Source of the DNA: Eledone cirrhosa
Lineage: Eukaryota
Reading direction: 5' to 3'
Assembly (NCBI GenBank): GCA_964016885.1
Contig: OZ024744.1
Location: forward strand, 72,850,001-72,914,000
DNA: 64,000 nt
Positions 10,467-23,545 of the stretch are shown in pieces. The stretch's first letter is position 1, and every line of letters starts with the position of its first letter. Below the pieces are notes generated by a model. The model searched no databases. It saw only the letters and a program-made list of their open reading frames with translations, and was not told where the DNA came from. A program made the translations under genes and the position numbers.

Positions 10467-13354
10467 ATGGCCATATTAAGAGTAGGAAGTTTAAATGTTC
10501 GCAGCCTGGGGCCACCTTGGAAGCAGGGTCACCTGCTCAACGACCTCCGGTCTCTGGAAATGGATGTGATTGCCGTCAGCGAGACCAGGATTTCCGACAT
10601 GCGCGCACTAGCCCCCATTTTCGACGTCTATCAGATCTTCGCATCTGTTAGCAGGCCGGGAATGGGAGGAGGGTGGCAGTGCTGTTTAGGAAAGGTCTGG
10701 ATCTCGAGGTAAGGTCGATCTTCCGGGACCCAGACGGTAAGTTGGTGGTCCTGGATGTGAGCAGTAGGAAAGGTGGGGCCTTTAGACTGCAAGCCGTCTA
10801 CGCCCCTGACGACCTTTCTGGGTATGTCTCGCTCTTTACTGTTAGCGGGGGACTGGAACGGCATCTTAGATGCACACTGCGATTGTGTGGGAGGAGTTGA
10901 TAGGAGTGGGGGGTGCAAAAGCCTCAAGCACCTAATCAGCCAGTTCCAACTGACAGGTATCGACTAGATTTCCCCAATGCGCCAGTGTGGACGTGGACCA
11001 ACCACATAGGGTCATCTAGATTGTATATAGACAGGTTCTTCATTAGGAAAATAGATAGACATAGTGTAGGTGCCCAATCTTTTAAGATCACAAACTTGTG
11101 ATCTGTATAGTTGACCTAGATAAAACGCGTAGGTTGGGACCTGGTTACTGGAAGCTTAACATGTCATTTCTGACACGTAAGGCTTACAGTGACCGGGTCA
11201 ACAATTTAGTTAAGGAAAAGTTGACAGAGGGGATCGTCAACAACAGATGGTGGGGGGGGGGGGGGGGGGGGTGCTCTCAAAAGAGAGATTAGAGTAATTT
11301 CGATAGAGTTCAGCAAAGAACTAGCGTTAGAGAAAAATAGAAAGGAGTGGGAGCTGGTAGATAAGTTAGATGATGCTAATTGTAGTGGCATTGCAACTGA
11401 CGTGCTAGCGGCGAGAAGCATTTGACCATTTCTTCAATGCGAAACACGAAGGTTGCATTGTCAGAGCTAAGGCGCGTGCGCTGAGAAACGAGGGAACCAA
11501 AGCTGTTCGATGGGCCCGCGTGGCGGAGGCGCAGTGTGGTAATAAAACCACAATTCGGTCTTTGGCGGACCGAGACGGACACGAGATAAGCGATTCCAAG
11601 CAGATCTGTGAGGCCATTCACCAGCACTTTCCTCGGTTGTTCGGGGAGAGGGGCGAGTCAGAGAGAGTAGCGGATTTCACTCCCTACGAGCTTTACATAA
11701 ATATGTCAGACTTGTTCTCCGATCTCCTCGAAGCACTGTACTGCAACTGGCAGCAGAATGGGAGTATTCCCAGTTCTGTGAGCCGGGTAGTGGTGACACC
11801 GATAAGGAAAGACGAGAACAAGAGGGATACATTAGACAATTTCAGGCCCTTAACCCTGCTTAACACAGAGTTTAAGATTTTGGCCAAGGATAGCAAAGAG
11901 ATTGGCACTTGTCGTCAAGGATTTGGTTGGGGAGGCGCAAACTTGTGCAATCCCAGCCAGGTCCATACACGACAATATCCACCTCATGCGATACATCATA
12001 GAGAGGGTAGGGTGTAAACCTGGCTTCGGTGGGGCTCTGATCAATTTAAATCAATCGAAAGCATTCGATATAGTCGACCATCGGTACCTGGAGGCTATCC
12101 TCAAGGCAGCTGGCTTCGGCCCCGTCTTCAGAAGCTGGATCGCTGCAATTCACAGGCATCTGCTTGGTGGTCAAAGTTAATGGCCACCTCTCGGAACTGT
12201 TTCAGATCTCCCAATCAGTCCATCAAGGGTGCCCTCTCTCCTCCCTTCTGTACATATTGAATCTCGAGCCCTTACTGTGGAAGCTGGAGCTCTTGCAGGG
12301 CATCCCACTCAAACCGGGACACGGAAAGACTGTGTCGGCTTATGCGGACAACATCACCATGATTATGTCGGACATCTCAGAAATCGAGATGGCCGACAAC
12401 TTATTGGAGGAATATGAAAGGTTGACGGGAGCAAATCTTAACACGGAAAAGTTGGTGGGCTTGCAACTCGGCACCTGGAGAGGCAAGTCCATGCCATCCG
12501 ACAGCGTCGTTAGGCGCTAGATGGACTGACTGGTAAAGTTGCTCGGGGTTTGGTTCGGGCCAGACCTCCAGGTGATAAGATGAGGTGACGGGCAGGGTAG
12601 CCAGTCTCACCCAGAAATGGGCTGCGAGGAAGCTATCACTGAAAGGTCAGGCAGAGGTGGCGAATGTGTACATTGCGTCTGTCATCTACTGCCGCCTGGC
12701 TGTCGTCCTCTGCCCCCGTTCACGCCTTGCTTCTGACTGGCATCTGGAATGTTGCCAGGCACTCGCTGCCCTCTACCAGGTGGGCAATGAGGTCAGTGGA
12801 ACTTGCACTCTTGAGTTCTATAGAGGATTAATGGTGGGCGTCGAAGAAGTCGAACTAACCAGTCTGTTCCGGAGGACTTTCGAGCTGGAGACGATGGATA
12901 ATTTCCAAAAATCCCTCGCTGGGCACTGCTACTGGAGGGCACTGCCAGTTCGAGATGAACTCCACAGGCATAGAAGTTCTGTCAGACGGACATGCCCATC
13001 CAGTGTCCGTGCATTACTGACTTGTGGAGTTATGTCGAACAACTGTTGTTGCATGGAGAACGGATCCGGCTATCGGCTGAGTTCATAGTGAAGATCGACT
13101 CGCTGCTTTCCTTTGGCCAGGAAGAGCAAGCAATTTTCCTGTCTGGCAGCAGTTGTGAAAGAGATTTTATGGTGGACGAGGTTGAAAGGACTGAAGACAG
13201 ACACTTTTCCCTTCAGCCAATCCCTCATCAACTTTTTCAAGTTTCACTTGGAAAGGAAGGTGAGGGTGGAGAGAGAAGTACATTTGCTGAAAGGTGGGTG
13301 AATGTGGCGAGAATGGCTCCTGTGAGTGGGCTTACTCTGATTACGCACCTGTAG
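10467..13354 (+). pseudogene. Tx1-type ORF2 (APE endonuclease + reverse transcriptase), disrupted
   Basis: SLNVRSL..DVIAVSETR, AGDWN, GPGYWKLN, NFRPLTLLNTEFKILAK, KAFD, QGCPLS and YADN (12341-12352, from YADD). Many frameshifts and apparent internal deletions. Confidence 0.9.
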
Positions 13355-14119
13355 GTGGGTGATTTGAGGAGGAGAAGGGTGCCCTTCCCGGGTGCTCTCG
13401 AAGCATTGGGTGGTTCAGGATTGGTGAGGTACCTGGGTCAACCCGAGGTGGTTAACCCTCCCCCACCCCTATTGGGGAACTTTCCTTGTATTTTTTATTG
13501 TTACTTTGTTCTTGTTATTTATATTGTTATTTATATTTATATTGTTATTTATATTGTTATTGTTATTTATATATATGTAAACCCCCACTGTCCCTGTCTT
13601 TTGTACTATCCCCCATATCTCGGCCCTTGTGGCCAATAAATGAAACTATTATTATTATTGCATTGCCAGTAAAGAAGTCAGAATATTTAAATGTTTATTC
13701 TGTGTAGGATGCTATACATCCCAAACAAACACATACACACTCTCTCATACACACATCGAAAAACATCTGTTCAGATTAAATATCAATGAATTTCTGTTTA
13801 CATTTATTTTCTCACAAAATAATAATGATAATAGTAATACTACTACTATTACCAATAATATTAATAATAATAAAACAGCCTGAAAATACATATTAAGAAA
13901 TTGTTCTTATTATTTTAAAATGGCTATAATTCATCATAATTAGTTGTCATTTAGTTTCAATATATATTTCTCTTTCTATACAAATATGTCTTTCTTGGAA
14001 TACATTTCACTGAATATGTCTTTCTACCAATATCTCTTTCAGCCTATTTGCATAGAATCCCCTTGCTCTATAGGGAAGGGAGGGTTCTTCAGTTAATTCA
14101 AAGACTAACAACCTCCCTA

Positions 14120-14660
14120 GTACTGGTACCACAGTAAAATGTACCCAGTACACTGTGTAGAGTGGTTGGTGTTAGGAGGAGCCTACAGCCATAGAAACCA
14201 TGCCAATTACTTTAGTGCTGGCACCATGAAAGAAATGCATCCAGTACACTGTAAAATGGTTAGCACTAAAAAAACGCATCCAGCTGCAAAAATCATACTG
14301 AACACATAGTTGAGAGGGCTCTACAGTTGTGTCAAGAGCTGTGTACAAATGCAATAATAAAATGCACTTAGTACACTCTGTAAAAGGGTTAGGAAAGGCA
14401 TCGAGTTGTAGAAATCATATCAAAGGGTTGGAAGGATTCTTTGATTGTGTCAAGTGCTTGATAAAACACCCTAATGCTGGTTCCATGATAAAATGCACCC
14501 AGTAGATTCTGTAAAATGATTGGCGATAGGAATATACATCCAGCTGAGAAAAACAAGACATAGCCTCTCAGTCTGTCTGCTGGACACCAAATAAGTATTG
14601 ACTATGACGACTCACTTAACCCATGCCAGCATGGAATAATGGTTGTTGAAGATACATAAG
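14120..14660 (+). mobile_element. Tandemly iterated, decayed RTE-UTR-derived module (about 4 units)
   Basis: Four degenerate repeats of TGCTGG..CCA..AAAATGCACCCAGTACACTGTAAA..GGTT..AGGAAGGGCATCCAGCTG, ending in AACCCATGCCAGCATGGAA. Confidence 0.7.
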
Positions 14661-15038
14661 ATGGGATGGAAAGTGAGTAAGATGAAAATGAAGAGAGAAA
14701 GAAAATGGCTGGAAGGCAAGGGATTAATGAATGGAAATGGAAAAGGATAAAAAAGTTAAAGCAAGAGAGAACAAATAAGAATATAGAAGACAGGAAATGG
14801 GAATAAAATGGAGCAATAGTTAGTTAAAGGATTTACAAAAGAACAAAGAATGGAAAGAGAGCTAGATGGAGAATAAGGAGTGTAGAAAGAGAACTAGATA
14901 GAGAGTAAGGCGTGGTTCAGTTATAAAGTTGATGAGCAGCTGATGATGAGAGAGGAAAGAATGTCAGTGGTTGGAAAAGGAATGGGAGATATGGTGCAAA
15001 GATTGAGTTTTGGCCATATTGCTATATACAGCAATAAT

Positions 15039-15224
15039 TGTTTCTACTTTTGGCACAAACCCAGCAATTACCCCAGTGTATTACTGGTACTTTATTTTAT
15101 CGACCCCGTAAGGATGAAAGGCAAAGTTAACCGTGGCAGATTTGAACTCAGAACGTAAAGAGCTATAACTCTATGCTGCAAAGCATAGTGTCTGACGTTC
15201 TACCGAAACTGCCAATCCACCACC
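15039..15224 (-). mobile_element. SINE-A with 16-bp TSD
   Basis: TATATACAGCAATAAT at 15023-15038 and 15227-15242. Confidence 0.9.
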
Positions 15225-15556
15225 ATTATATACAGCAATAATAGTAACAAAGTAGTGGTAATGGATAGCAGCAATCAGGTTAACGTAATTAATTAAAACC
15301 TTTGAAGGTGCTGCAATAGCATGACTTCAATCCAATGATTGAAATCATTGAAAGAGTAGAGGTGGTTAGGCCAATGACCTTTTTAGTTCTTCTCTGATTG
15401 GTGGATTCATTTGAGCATTGGACAAATGCTTAACAGTATTTGTTCTGGTTCTTTACATTCTTGGTTCAAATCCTGCCAAGGTTAACTTAACCTTTCTTAT
15501 TTCCAAGGTTGGTAAAATAAACTATTAGCCAAGTGCTGCAATTAGGAGTCCTTTTT

Positions 15557-15785
15557 TTAACTATTTAGCATTTAAACCGGCCATATCCAACCAGAATTCT
15601 CTTGCCTTTTTCTGTTCAAACTGACTGTAACTGGCTGTTCATACTGATGTTAAGGTATTGTTCTCAAAATGAATAATATCTAAATCTCATAGATTTGATA
15701 TTATGTGAAATAATTGTGTGAAATATAGTGTTTATCATGGAAATACAATAGTAAATATAGAGTAATGTACATGCTAAAGGGTTAA
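15557..15785 (+). mobile_element. piggyBac-type MITE
   Basis: TTAA-flanked, same body as 43483-43711. Confidence 0.85.
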
Positions 15786-15789
15786 TCCA

Positions 15790-16710
15790 GTGCTTTGTAT
15801 CCAGTTTTGTGAATTTTGCTTGTCTAATTCCTCCCTATTCAGTCTTTTCGGGCATTGGTCATATGAGTTTTTTGTTTTTATTAGTTTATTTTTCTTATTA
15901 AATTTTTTTTTTTTTTTTTGGCTATTGCTTTAGTAGATCTGCTTTAAATTTAGATTTTAGATTTCTGTTGCCTTTTTTTTTTCTTCATTCTTTTTATAAC
16001 TATCAGTCAATTCAGCTTCTGTTTTATATTTATTCCTTGAAGACAGGAGCCAACTTTATTGCTGTGTTTATGGTTCATCACTATTTATATCAACTTTCCA
16101 TTATTCTTCATTAGATAAATTTGTAGTCATACAGTGCTTATTTTATAATAGCTTTCTAGTTGCATGGGGCCTCTTCCTCTTAGTTTTTGTGGTAAGTGTA
16201 ATCTTTCTACATCTGATTTTGAATGATGTATTCTAAATGCAGTCATTATTTTTAGTTTTTTTTTTCCCTCTCTACTCCTACTAATTCTTTTAGTGTCCAC
16301 TTCAGAACGTTAAAACTGTAGCTTACTACTGGGATCGCTAAAGTATCAATGCCAATTACCTTGTTCTTTGCTTTTAGTTCTGATTTAAGTTGTAATATAA
16401 TCCATCTTTCTAATCTTTTCTTTCATCTATGTGTGTGTTGAACCCTATCTAGTTCATTGATTCCTAAGTATTTGTATGTCTGTGGTTGATCTAATTCTCT
16501 TATTTCTGTTTCCTTATGTAGCATGCTAGTAATCTTTTTAACTGGTTTTCCTCCTTTAGGGTTGCCTTGGCGCATTTTTCTAATCCCCATTTCATGTCTA
16601 TTTCTTTTATAAATCCCTTTACTGTCTGCAGCAATGTTTCCAGATGTCTGTCATCTGCAGCATACAGCTTTAGATCGTCTATATGCAGGAGATGGTTAAT
16701 TTTTTTTCTT
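15790..16710 (-). mobile_element. R4/Dong-like non-LTR RT fragment, decayed
   Basis: INHLLHIDDLKLYAADDRHLETLLQTVKGF..GLEKCA, YKYLGI, NKVIGIDTLAIPVVSYSF. Confidence 0.8.
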
Positions 16711-16740
16711 TTTTTTTTTGCTATGGCATTTATATTCAAA

Positions 16741-16746
16741 TTATTA

Positions 16747-16832
<86 letters not shown>

Positions 16833-16835
16833 ATT
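16741..16835. repeat. Compound (TTA)n(TTG)n microsatellite
   Basis: Directly visible. Confidence 0.95.
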
Positions 16836-17800
16836 TGTGTTTTATCCTCTTCCTTCAGTTTTGTTACCATTTCTATTATTATCATCATCATCATCAGTAA
16901 TAGTGGTAGTATTATTACACTTTTTTTTTTTTTTGCAAGACGTCTATTATGTCAGACAGCTGTATATCTGTTATTCAACAATAGGGTTGATACAAAATAC
17001 CTCAGGGGAGCATTCTGAATACTAAATAGACATACGGTAGGGTCTCACATATGTGAAACTCTCCGATATCTGTTATTCAGTTGAAAGCATGATGATGGTA
17101 TAATATAATATACCATTATTCATTTCCTTGCCATTATTTTCTAATTTGCCTCATTTTTCACCCATGTTTTCGCTACAATCTAAGTGAAATTCTGTTTTAT
17201 TTTTATTGTTGTTGTTGTTTTATTTATTTATTGTTATCTTGTATATCATGTGTTCAGATACATGTATATTAGGCAGGATACGATTGTTTATGAAGTAGGG
17301 CTGTCAGCTTGATAAATAGCAACTTACCCACACTTTGTTAGCACTCAATTTGGAAGAAGCACTTTTTCTGGTGTGTTAGCGAAGTTTTGAAGAGTTATTT
17401 TATGGAGGGTTATTTTGTTTGTTTTTTTCTTTTTCTTTTTTTTTTCTTTTATTTTAACCCTTTCATTACTATAATTCTAATGATAAACACTGCCTAGGAT
17501 TTTCAAATAATTTCAAAAATATTCAAGTATTTGGAGGGATTTCATAACAGAAATAATTTTCTTAAGTGAGTGTTTGGAACATATTTTAACAATGGTTCAT
17601 AGATAAAATTATGATTGAAGGTTTCTATATAAATATAAACACTTTAACTCTATCATTATCATATTGCTAATGATAGACACTGCCACTGATAGTTAAATAA
17701 TTTTGAAAATATTCAAGGATTTTGAGGGATTTGTTAATTTAACTAACCTCCTTACTATTAAACTGGAGTTGTCTCCCCTGTCAAGAAAATGAAAATAAGG

Positions 17801-18005
17801 TTAACCCTTTAGCCTTTACATTACTTTATATTTGTTATTGTATTTTCACGATAAACACTTTATCTCACATAATATCGAATCTACAAGATTTTGATATTAT
17901 TTATTTTGAGAACAATACCTTAAAATGAGTATGAGCAGCTGGTTACAGCCAGTTTGAACAGAAAGAGGTGAGAGAATTCTGGCTGAATATGGCTTAAAGG
18001 GTTAA
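17801..18005 (-). mobile_element. piggyBac-type MITE
   Basis: TTAACCCTTTAGC...AAAGGGTTAA, in reverse orientation. Confidence 0.85.
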
Positions 18006-18404
18006 GGCATCGACTGATGGGATTTTGTTTTTTTTTCTCACTACATAATCTGTTTAGTTAACTGTACTAATACTTGTATTGATGGTGTTACTCATGATCG
18101 ATTTGTATTAGTGGATCATAATTATCCCCACCACCAACTCTATATTCAATCTGTAATATTTTTTGTGTTTCAGCCCATGTTTCTCAACCCATTTCATGTA
18201 TTCATATAGTTACTTAATTCTATTTATAAAACCACAAACGCATTACTCTGGCTTTAATGTTAAGACATTTTCATAATGACCACATGCTTACAGGATTGGT
18301 CCCAATGCGTAACAGCCTTGCGATGACCAATGCCTTGTGAATTAAATTTGGTTGATGAAAACAGTGTAGAAACCTATTGTGTGTGTGTGTGTGCGTATAT
18401 ATAT

Positions 18405-18660
18405 ACGTTTAACGTCTATCTTCCATGGTAGCATGGGTTAGACGGGAATTGTCCCACTTGAGGCATGATTGGTCAGGTGACCACATCTCACTCGTACAGA
18501 ATTGTTTCTGGCAGGTTTTCTAAGGCTTTACAGTGTGGATTGGGAGCCTTTTTACCGTGTCTGCTTCACGACCACTTTACAGCGTGGACTGGGTGCTTTT
18601 TGTCGTGACACCTACACGACCACTTTAGTGTGATCTGGATGTTCTGTGGTACCAACATAA
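18405..18660 (-). mobile_element. Stand-alone RTE-UTR-derived non-autonomous element
   Basis: Reverse-oriented tail (TTAACGTC..CCATGGTAGCATGGG) plus 2-3 pseudoknot-type units. Similar copies at 20555-20810, 24970-25300, 26340-26660 and 62790-62900. Confidence 0.75.
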
Positions 18661-18688
18661 CTTTACAGAAAAAGTAAATGAGTGATAT

Positions 18689-18833
18689 ATCAAGTTTAAT
18701 ATAGAAATGGCTTCTAAAGGACTAGAACTGATTCATTCAAAAGAAATCATCGGGAAAGCTTTCCTGATTATTATTTTTTTTTTTAATGAAACAATTCTAG
18801 TCCTTTAGAAGCCATTTCTATATTAAACTTGAT
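18689..18833. mobile_element. Palindromic MITE-like element with perfect 39-bp arms
   Basis: ATCAAGTTTAATATAGAAATGGCTTCTAAAGGACTAGAA (18689-18727) and its exact reverse complement (18795-18833). Partial relative at 1495-1590. Confidence 0.8.
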
Positions 18834-19608
18834 GTTTACGCTCTACTAATGTATTGAGTACCTAGCTAACTGTGGTTACCCCCAATTGAACCTGCCACTC
18901 ACATATATGTGTGTGTGTGTGTGGTGTGTGTGTTGTTTGTCTCCACTGCTTAAAAAGATAAAGCGGTGCAGTTTGTTTATGCCTTGCAGCTTAGTAGTGT
19001 GTCAATGGGAGTTCATTGGAATAAGTACTAAACTTACTTGCATCTGTGTCAGTGTCCACCAAAGGATGAACTTAGTTAATACAAGCCAGTGAAGCCACAG
19101 AGTTGCGAACAGAAAAATGCTCATGTCGACGTCAACATTCAACAAGAAGAAGTGTTGTTTTAGATGACACTATCTCAAAAAGTGTATGCTTGCAGCTGTA
19201 GACCATCTGTGAAAACCATATCTCCAATGAAACTGTCATTAAAACTAACCACCATTTTAAAAAATAAGGACTGGCATCATAAAAGGCATCCAATTATAAA
19301 ATACTGCCTCAAAATGTCTTATCTAGCCCCATGTGGAAAATGAGCTGCTTAAAAAGATGATGGTGATGATGATATTCATGTGAGTTTGCACATGCATGAG
19401 TTTGTGTGTGTGTGTGTGTGTGAGTGTGTGTGCATGCACGTCTCTGTGTTTGTGTGTTTCATCATCATCATCATGAAAATTGCCTTTAGCTTTTAATGTT
19501 ATTGTTACGTCTATATCTACAAAATGGGTACATGCTGATTGAATAACCTTTTCAGGAACACACACCTGGCTAGAAAATAAGTCAAATCTCTCTCAGGTTG
19601 TGCTAAAG

Positions 19609-19947
19609 CAGAGGTTCTCAAAGTGGCTACCCCAAGGGCATTGAGAAGATCCAGGATGTGGTGGGGAGGGGGATGGTACAGATGATATAATAGTATATTA
19701 AATATCAAATGATACATACATATATATATAAATATAGTAAAATAAAAAATATATAATATTTATTTATACATAGCATATACTACATTATTTATTATATATA
19801 AATTAGCGATTTTATTTATTTTATATTATTTACAATTTGCATGTAGGCAGGTCTCTCTAGAAATAGGAGTGTGTGTGTGGGGGGGGGGGGCTGAGGATAT
19901 TACGTTGCCGTGAGGGATCGGTGGTCCAGAAAGTTTGAGAACCTCTG
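19609..19947. mobile_element. hAT (Charlie-like) MITE
   Basis: 14-bp TIR CAGAGGTTCTCAAA / TTTGAGAACCTCTG; imperfect 8-bp TSD TGCTAAAG / CACTAAAG. Confidence 0.8.
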
Positions 19948-20829
19948 CACTAAAGGAAGGTAGAATATATTTGTTAATGTTGTCCCGTATACAGAGTGGT
20001 CCATGTGGACTATACCAAAGTTTTGGTGGTCCACAGTGCATTGAATGTCCTATTGTATTGCATAATAAGTAAATCTATATTTGGCAGTTCATTTTTTTGG
20101 TTCCAATTCTTCATGAATTTTGTGAATCACCTTCTGTAAAACCATTATACATTACTGGTGTATACTATGCCAAAAAAAAAAAATTACGAGAAGATTATGG
20201 CTTAAATGCTTTTACTCCAGCTGGCATTTTAGATGCTTTTAGATGAATCCACTTGTTTTGAAAAAATTTGGCCCATTTCTTTGGTTACATCACTATCACT
20301 CAACACACACACGTACACACACACAGATACACACATGTACACACACACATAAGCAGGCTTCTCATCTATTCTCCATGTAGATCTGCATTCCTTTATGTCT
20401 TATAAATTAGCAGTTCAAGATATATAGGCTGAAGGAATGGTACCATGCTGATATATTTAGTATTAGTATGATTGGCTTGAATGCTTTGAAGCAGTGTCCC
20501 AGCATTGCCACAGTTCAATGACTGCAGCATGTTTCCTCGATCAATGAACAGTATCATCATCATCATCATCACCATTATCGATTAACGTCTATCTTCCACA
20601 TTAGCATGGATTAGACAGGTTGTCCCACTTAGAGGCAAGTTGGGTCAGGTAACCGTGTCTCACTCACCTAGGATAGTTTCTAGCTTGTTTTCTATGGCTG
20701 GATGCCCTTCCTAACGCCAACCACATTGACAGTGTGTGCTGGCTGCTTTTTGCTGTGTTTTTTACATGTCCATTTTACCGTGTGGTCTGGGTACTTTTTG
20801 TCTTGTCTCGATCTAGCACTATTTCTCCA

Positions 20830-21160
20830 AAGAAACGTTAAATTTCCTCCCAAGTTAACATATAGAATATCCAGATATGTTGTTGCAGGTTGACCTCTAC
20901 TTCTATGACCGTGTGCAGGCTTCCGTAAAAAAACACGGCTGACACACTTGTTTTTTGCCCTGTAACGATGTCCTGCAAAACGTATCCTTCTTCGACGAAC
21001 AATATCCAACGCAGAAGGACTATCCAGATAGAGTTCTCCATTTGTGACTCTCTGTCACCAAGACATGTTGAAAGAGTGTCTCAGAAGTCTTGTGTAACAT
21101 CCATTTAGTCTTTTTTTTGAGGGTTTTATTAAGCATCCATGCTTCCAACCCTTAGAGTAA
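20830..21160 (-). mobile_element. RTE LINE 3' coding fragment
   Basis: RLNGCYTRLLRHSFNMSW, IVRRRRIRFAGH, HGHRSRGQPATTYLD. Confidence 0.8.
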
Positions 21161-21296
21161 CACACTTTCAGCTGTGGGGATACATATAAATGTATCCCCA
21201 AAATGGCTGACTGAACACACACACACACACACTTTTTCTCCAAAAAATATTTTAATTCTAATTCTATCTGCAGATGAAGGACTAGTGTCCAAAACA

Positions 21297-21525
21297 TTAA
21301 CCCTTTGGCAATTACATTACTCTATATTTACTATCATATTTTCACAGTAAATGCTTTACCTCACATAATTATCTCATATAATATTCAATCTATGAGATTT
21401 TGATATTATTTATTTTGAGAACAATACCTTAACATCAGTATGAGTGGCCAGTTACAGCCAATTTCAACAGAAAGTGGTGAAACAATTCTGGTTGGGTGTG
21501 GGTGGTTTAAATGCTAAAGGGTTAA
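21297..21525 (-). mobile_element. piggyBac-type MITE inserted into a decayed hammerhead-bearing repeat
   Basis: TTAACCCTTTGGCA...TGCTAAAGGGTTAA. The joined flanks match the reverse complement of about 41970-42045. Confidence 0.85.
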
Positions 21526-21997
21526 AGACTCTTTTCCTACTATATCAAGTGTTAAACTAATATATATCTGTATCACTTGCTTTGTTGTTTCCCATTTACT
21601 TTTCACATAAAAATATATATACAGTAATGTCTTTAAAGTGGTTGGTTTTAGATAGGGCATCCAACTTTAGACACTAAAATGTTTATAAACAAAACATTAT
21701 CTCTGACCCATCTTGGACAGTAGAACTGATTAAGTACTTGTCTATGATGACTCATCCAACCCATGCCAACTTGACCCCCCCCCCCGCCAAAAAAAAAAAA
21801 ACAGGTATTAAATACACACACACAGATGTGCACACACGCACACACACACATTTAGAACCTGATACTCAACAGCAATTTTTCCAGGCATATTTATTATACT
21901 GTCTTCATTCTTCTTTGTCTTCCAGGTATCTCCCATTGCTGGCTGCATCACCAGCTACAGTTACAGCCCTACTACAACACACACACACATTCATGTA

Positions 21998-22037
<40 letters not shown>

Positions 22038-23326
22038 CGCATGGGCTTCTAGCATAGTTTATAATGTAAAAATAGTTATCATTCAGATGTTAATTAGTGG
22101 AAATTATCTCTCTAAATAACGGGAGGTGTCTTTTCCTCACCTCATCTCACCTCACCTCTCACATCATCTCACCTCACATCTCACATCACCACACCAGTAA
22201 CTCTCCACTTTGCCCCTCTCCCTCCCCTATCATTATCCTAGCAAGTTCTCTTGTTGGTTGAGCTCTTTAGGCAAAGGGAACCATGGTGTTTGGTCTGGGT
22301 GGGTGGGATTTAAAGAGAAGACAATGGTTTCATTCACCACTCACCCCTCCATCCCAACCTCTACTACACCCACTTGTCGTTTTTTTTTTATCTCACCCTT
22401 CCCTCATGTGTCCTGGACCTAAACTAAAATTAAGGTGACTAAATCAGGGAAAATTATGGTGTAGTATTAATGACTTCACTGAAAGGATCCATTTTTTTTG
22501 TGATTACATAGTGTTAATGTATTAAGTGGTGTGTGAGTGTGTACCTGTTTGTGTGTGTGCCTGTGTGTTTCTGTAACATCGTATGGGTGAATTTCTGTCT
22601 GTATGTATACATATATTACATATATGTATACATACACAACACAGAACTAATTATTTTTCATTCTGTGATGAAGCTACTGGCGAGCCCATTACCCATAGTT
22701 AGTTCACACCTTATATAGGCAACTGGCTGGCTAGACCAACAGCCTCCAGAAATGATGGAGAAAGAGGAGATACTTCTAAATAAAATAAAATATCTTGTTC
22801 ACCTGATGTATCGTGTACTTTACTTTAATTGTGGTTCCTTTAATTTTGGTTCCTTTTTATTCTTTAACAGAAATTCACCGAGTACATACTATAAAGTGAT
22901 AGGCATTAGGAAGGGCTCCTAGCTGTAGATAGCTGCTAAACAAGGGGTAGGAAGTACCCTTCAGCTGTGTCAAAAGACATCGATAGAACATTTGACTATA
23001 TGTAAGCAAGAAGCAGACCCCTCAGCATATCTGGGAGGTCAGACATGTGATGCACATGGATGATGATTGCTGGGTGAAGAATTGCTAAGTAATCCAAGTG
23101 GAGGGAGTCCTTAATAGAGGAAGATCTGGATGGAAGTGTTAAGAGTTGATCACAGATCACTAAAGCTCATAAAGTAGATTGCAAAGGAACATAACAAGTT
23201 GAGTGATACTGAACTAAGAAGGACCTGTCCAACCCAAGCAAGCGTGGAACAAGAGACGATGATGCTATATATATATAATATAGATGATGATGATATATAT
23301 ATGTATATATAATATACACAGGGTGA

Positions 23327-23545
23327 TCACCAAACCAAAACACTCCAAGCTTGATAATTGGATTGATGTTTGGTGAGCAACAAAAGGGGCACACATCGAG
23401 TGTCTATGATATCAACCAATACCACATGAAACATTGTTAGTTTATGCAACTGTAGCCACCAATATTGTAAGAATGTTCATTTAAGTTTTCATATTATAAG
23501 TATATGAAATTTGAAATCAAGGAGTCTTTTGTGGTCAGCCTGTAT
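23327..23545. mobile_element. Tc1/mariner-type MITE
   Basis: Imperfect TIR CAGGGTGATCACCAAA / TTTGTGGTCAGCCTG in a TA context. Confidence 0.55.

Larger units (their letters stand above)
8300..13660 (+). mobile_element. Near-full-length, decayed Tx1/L1-clade non-LTR retrotransposon
   Basis: ORF1 with CCHC knuckle, a short spacer, ORF2 with APE and RT, AATAAA at 13635 and an (ATT)n tail. The 5' boundary is approximate. Confidence 0.9.

Noticed and set aside
16567-17025. Poly-Leu/Ile/Val membrane-protein-like ORFs
   Set aside because: Derived from the (TTA)n(TTG)n microsatellite.
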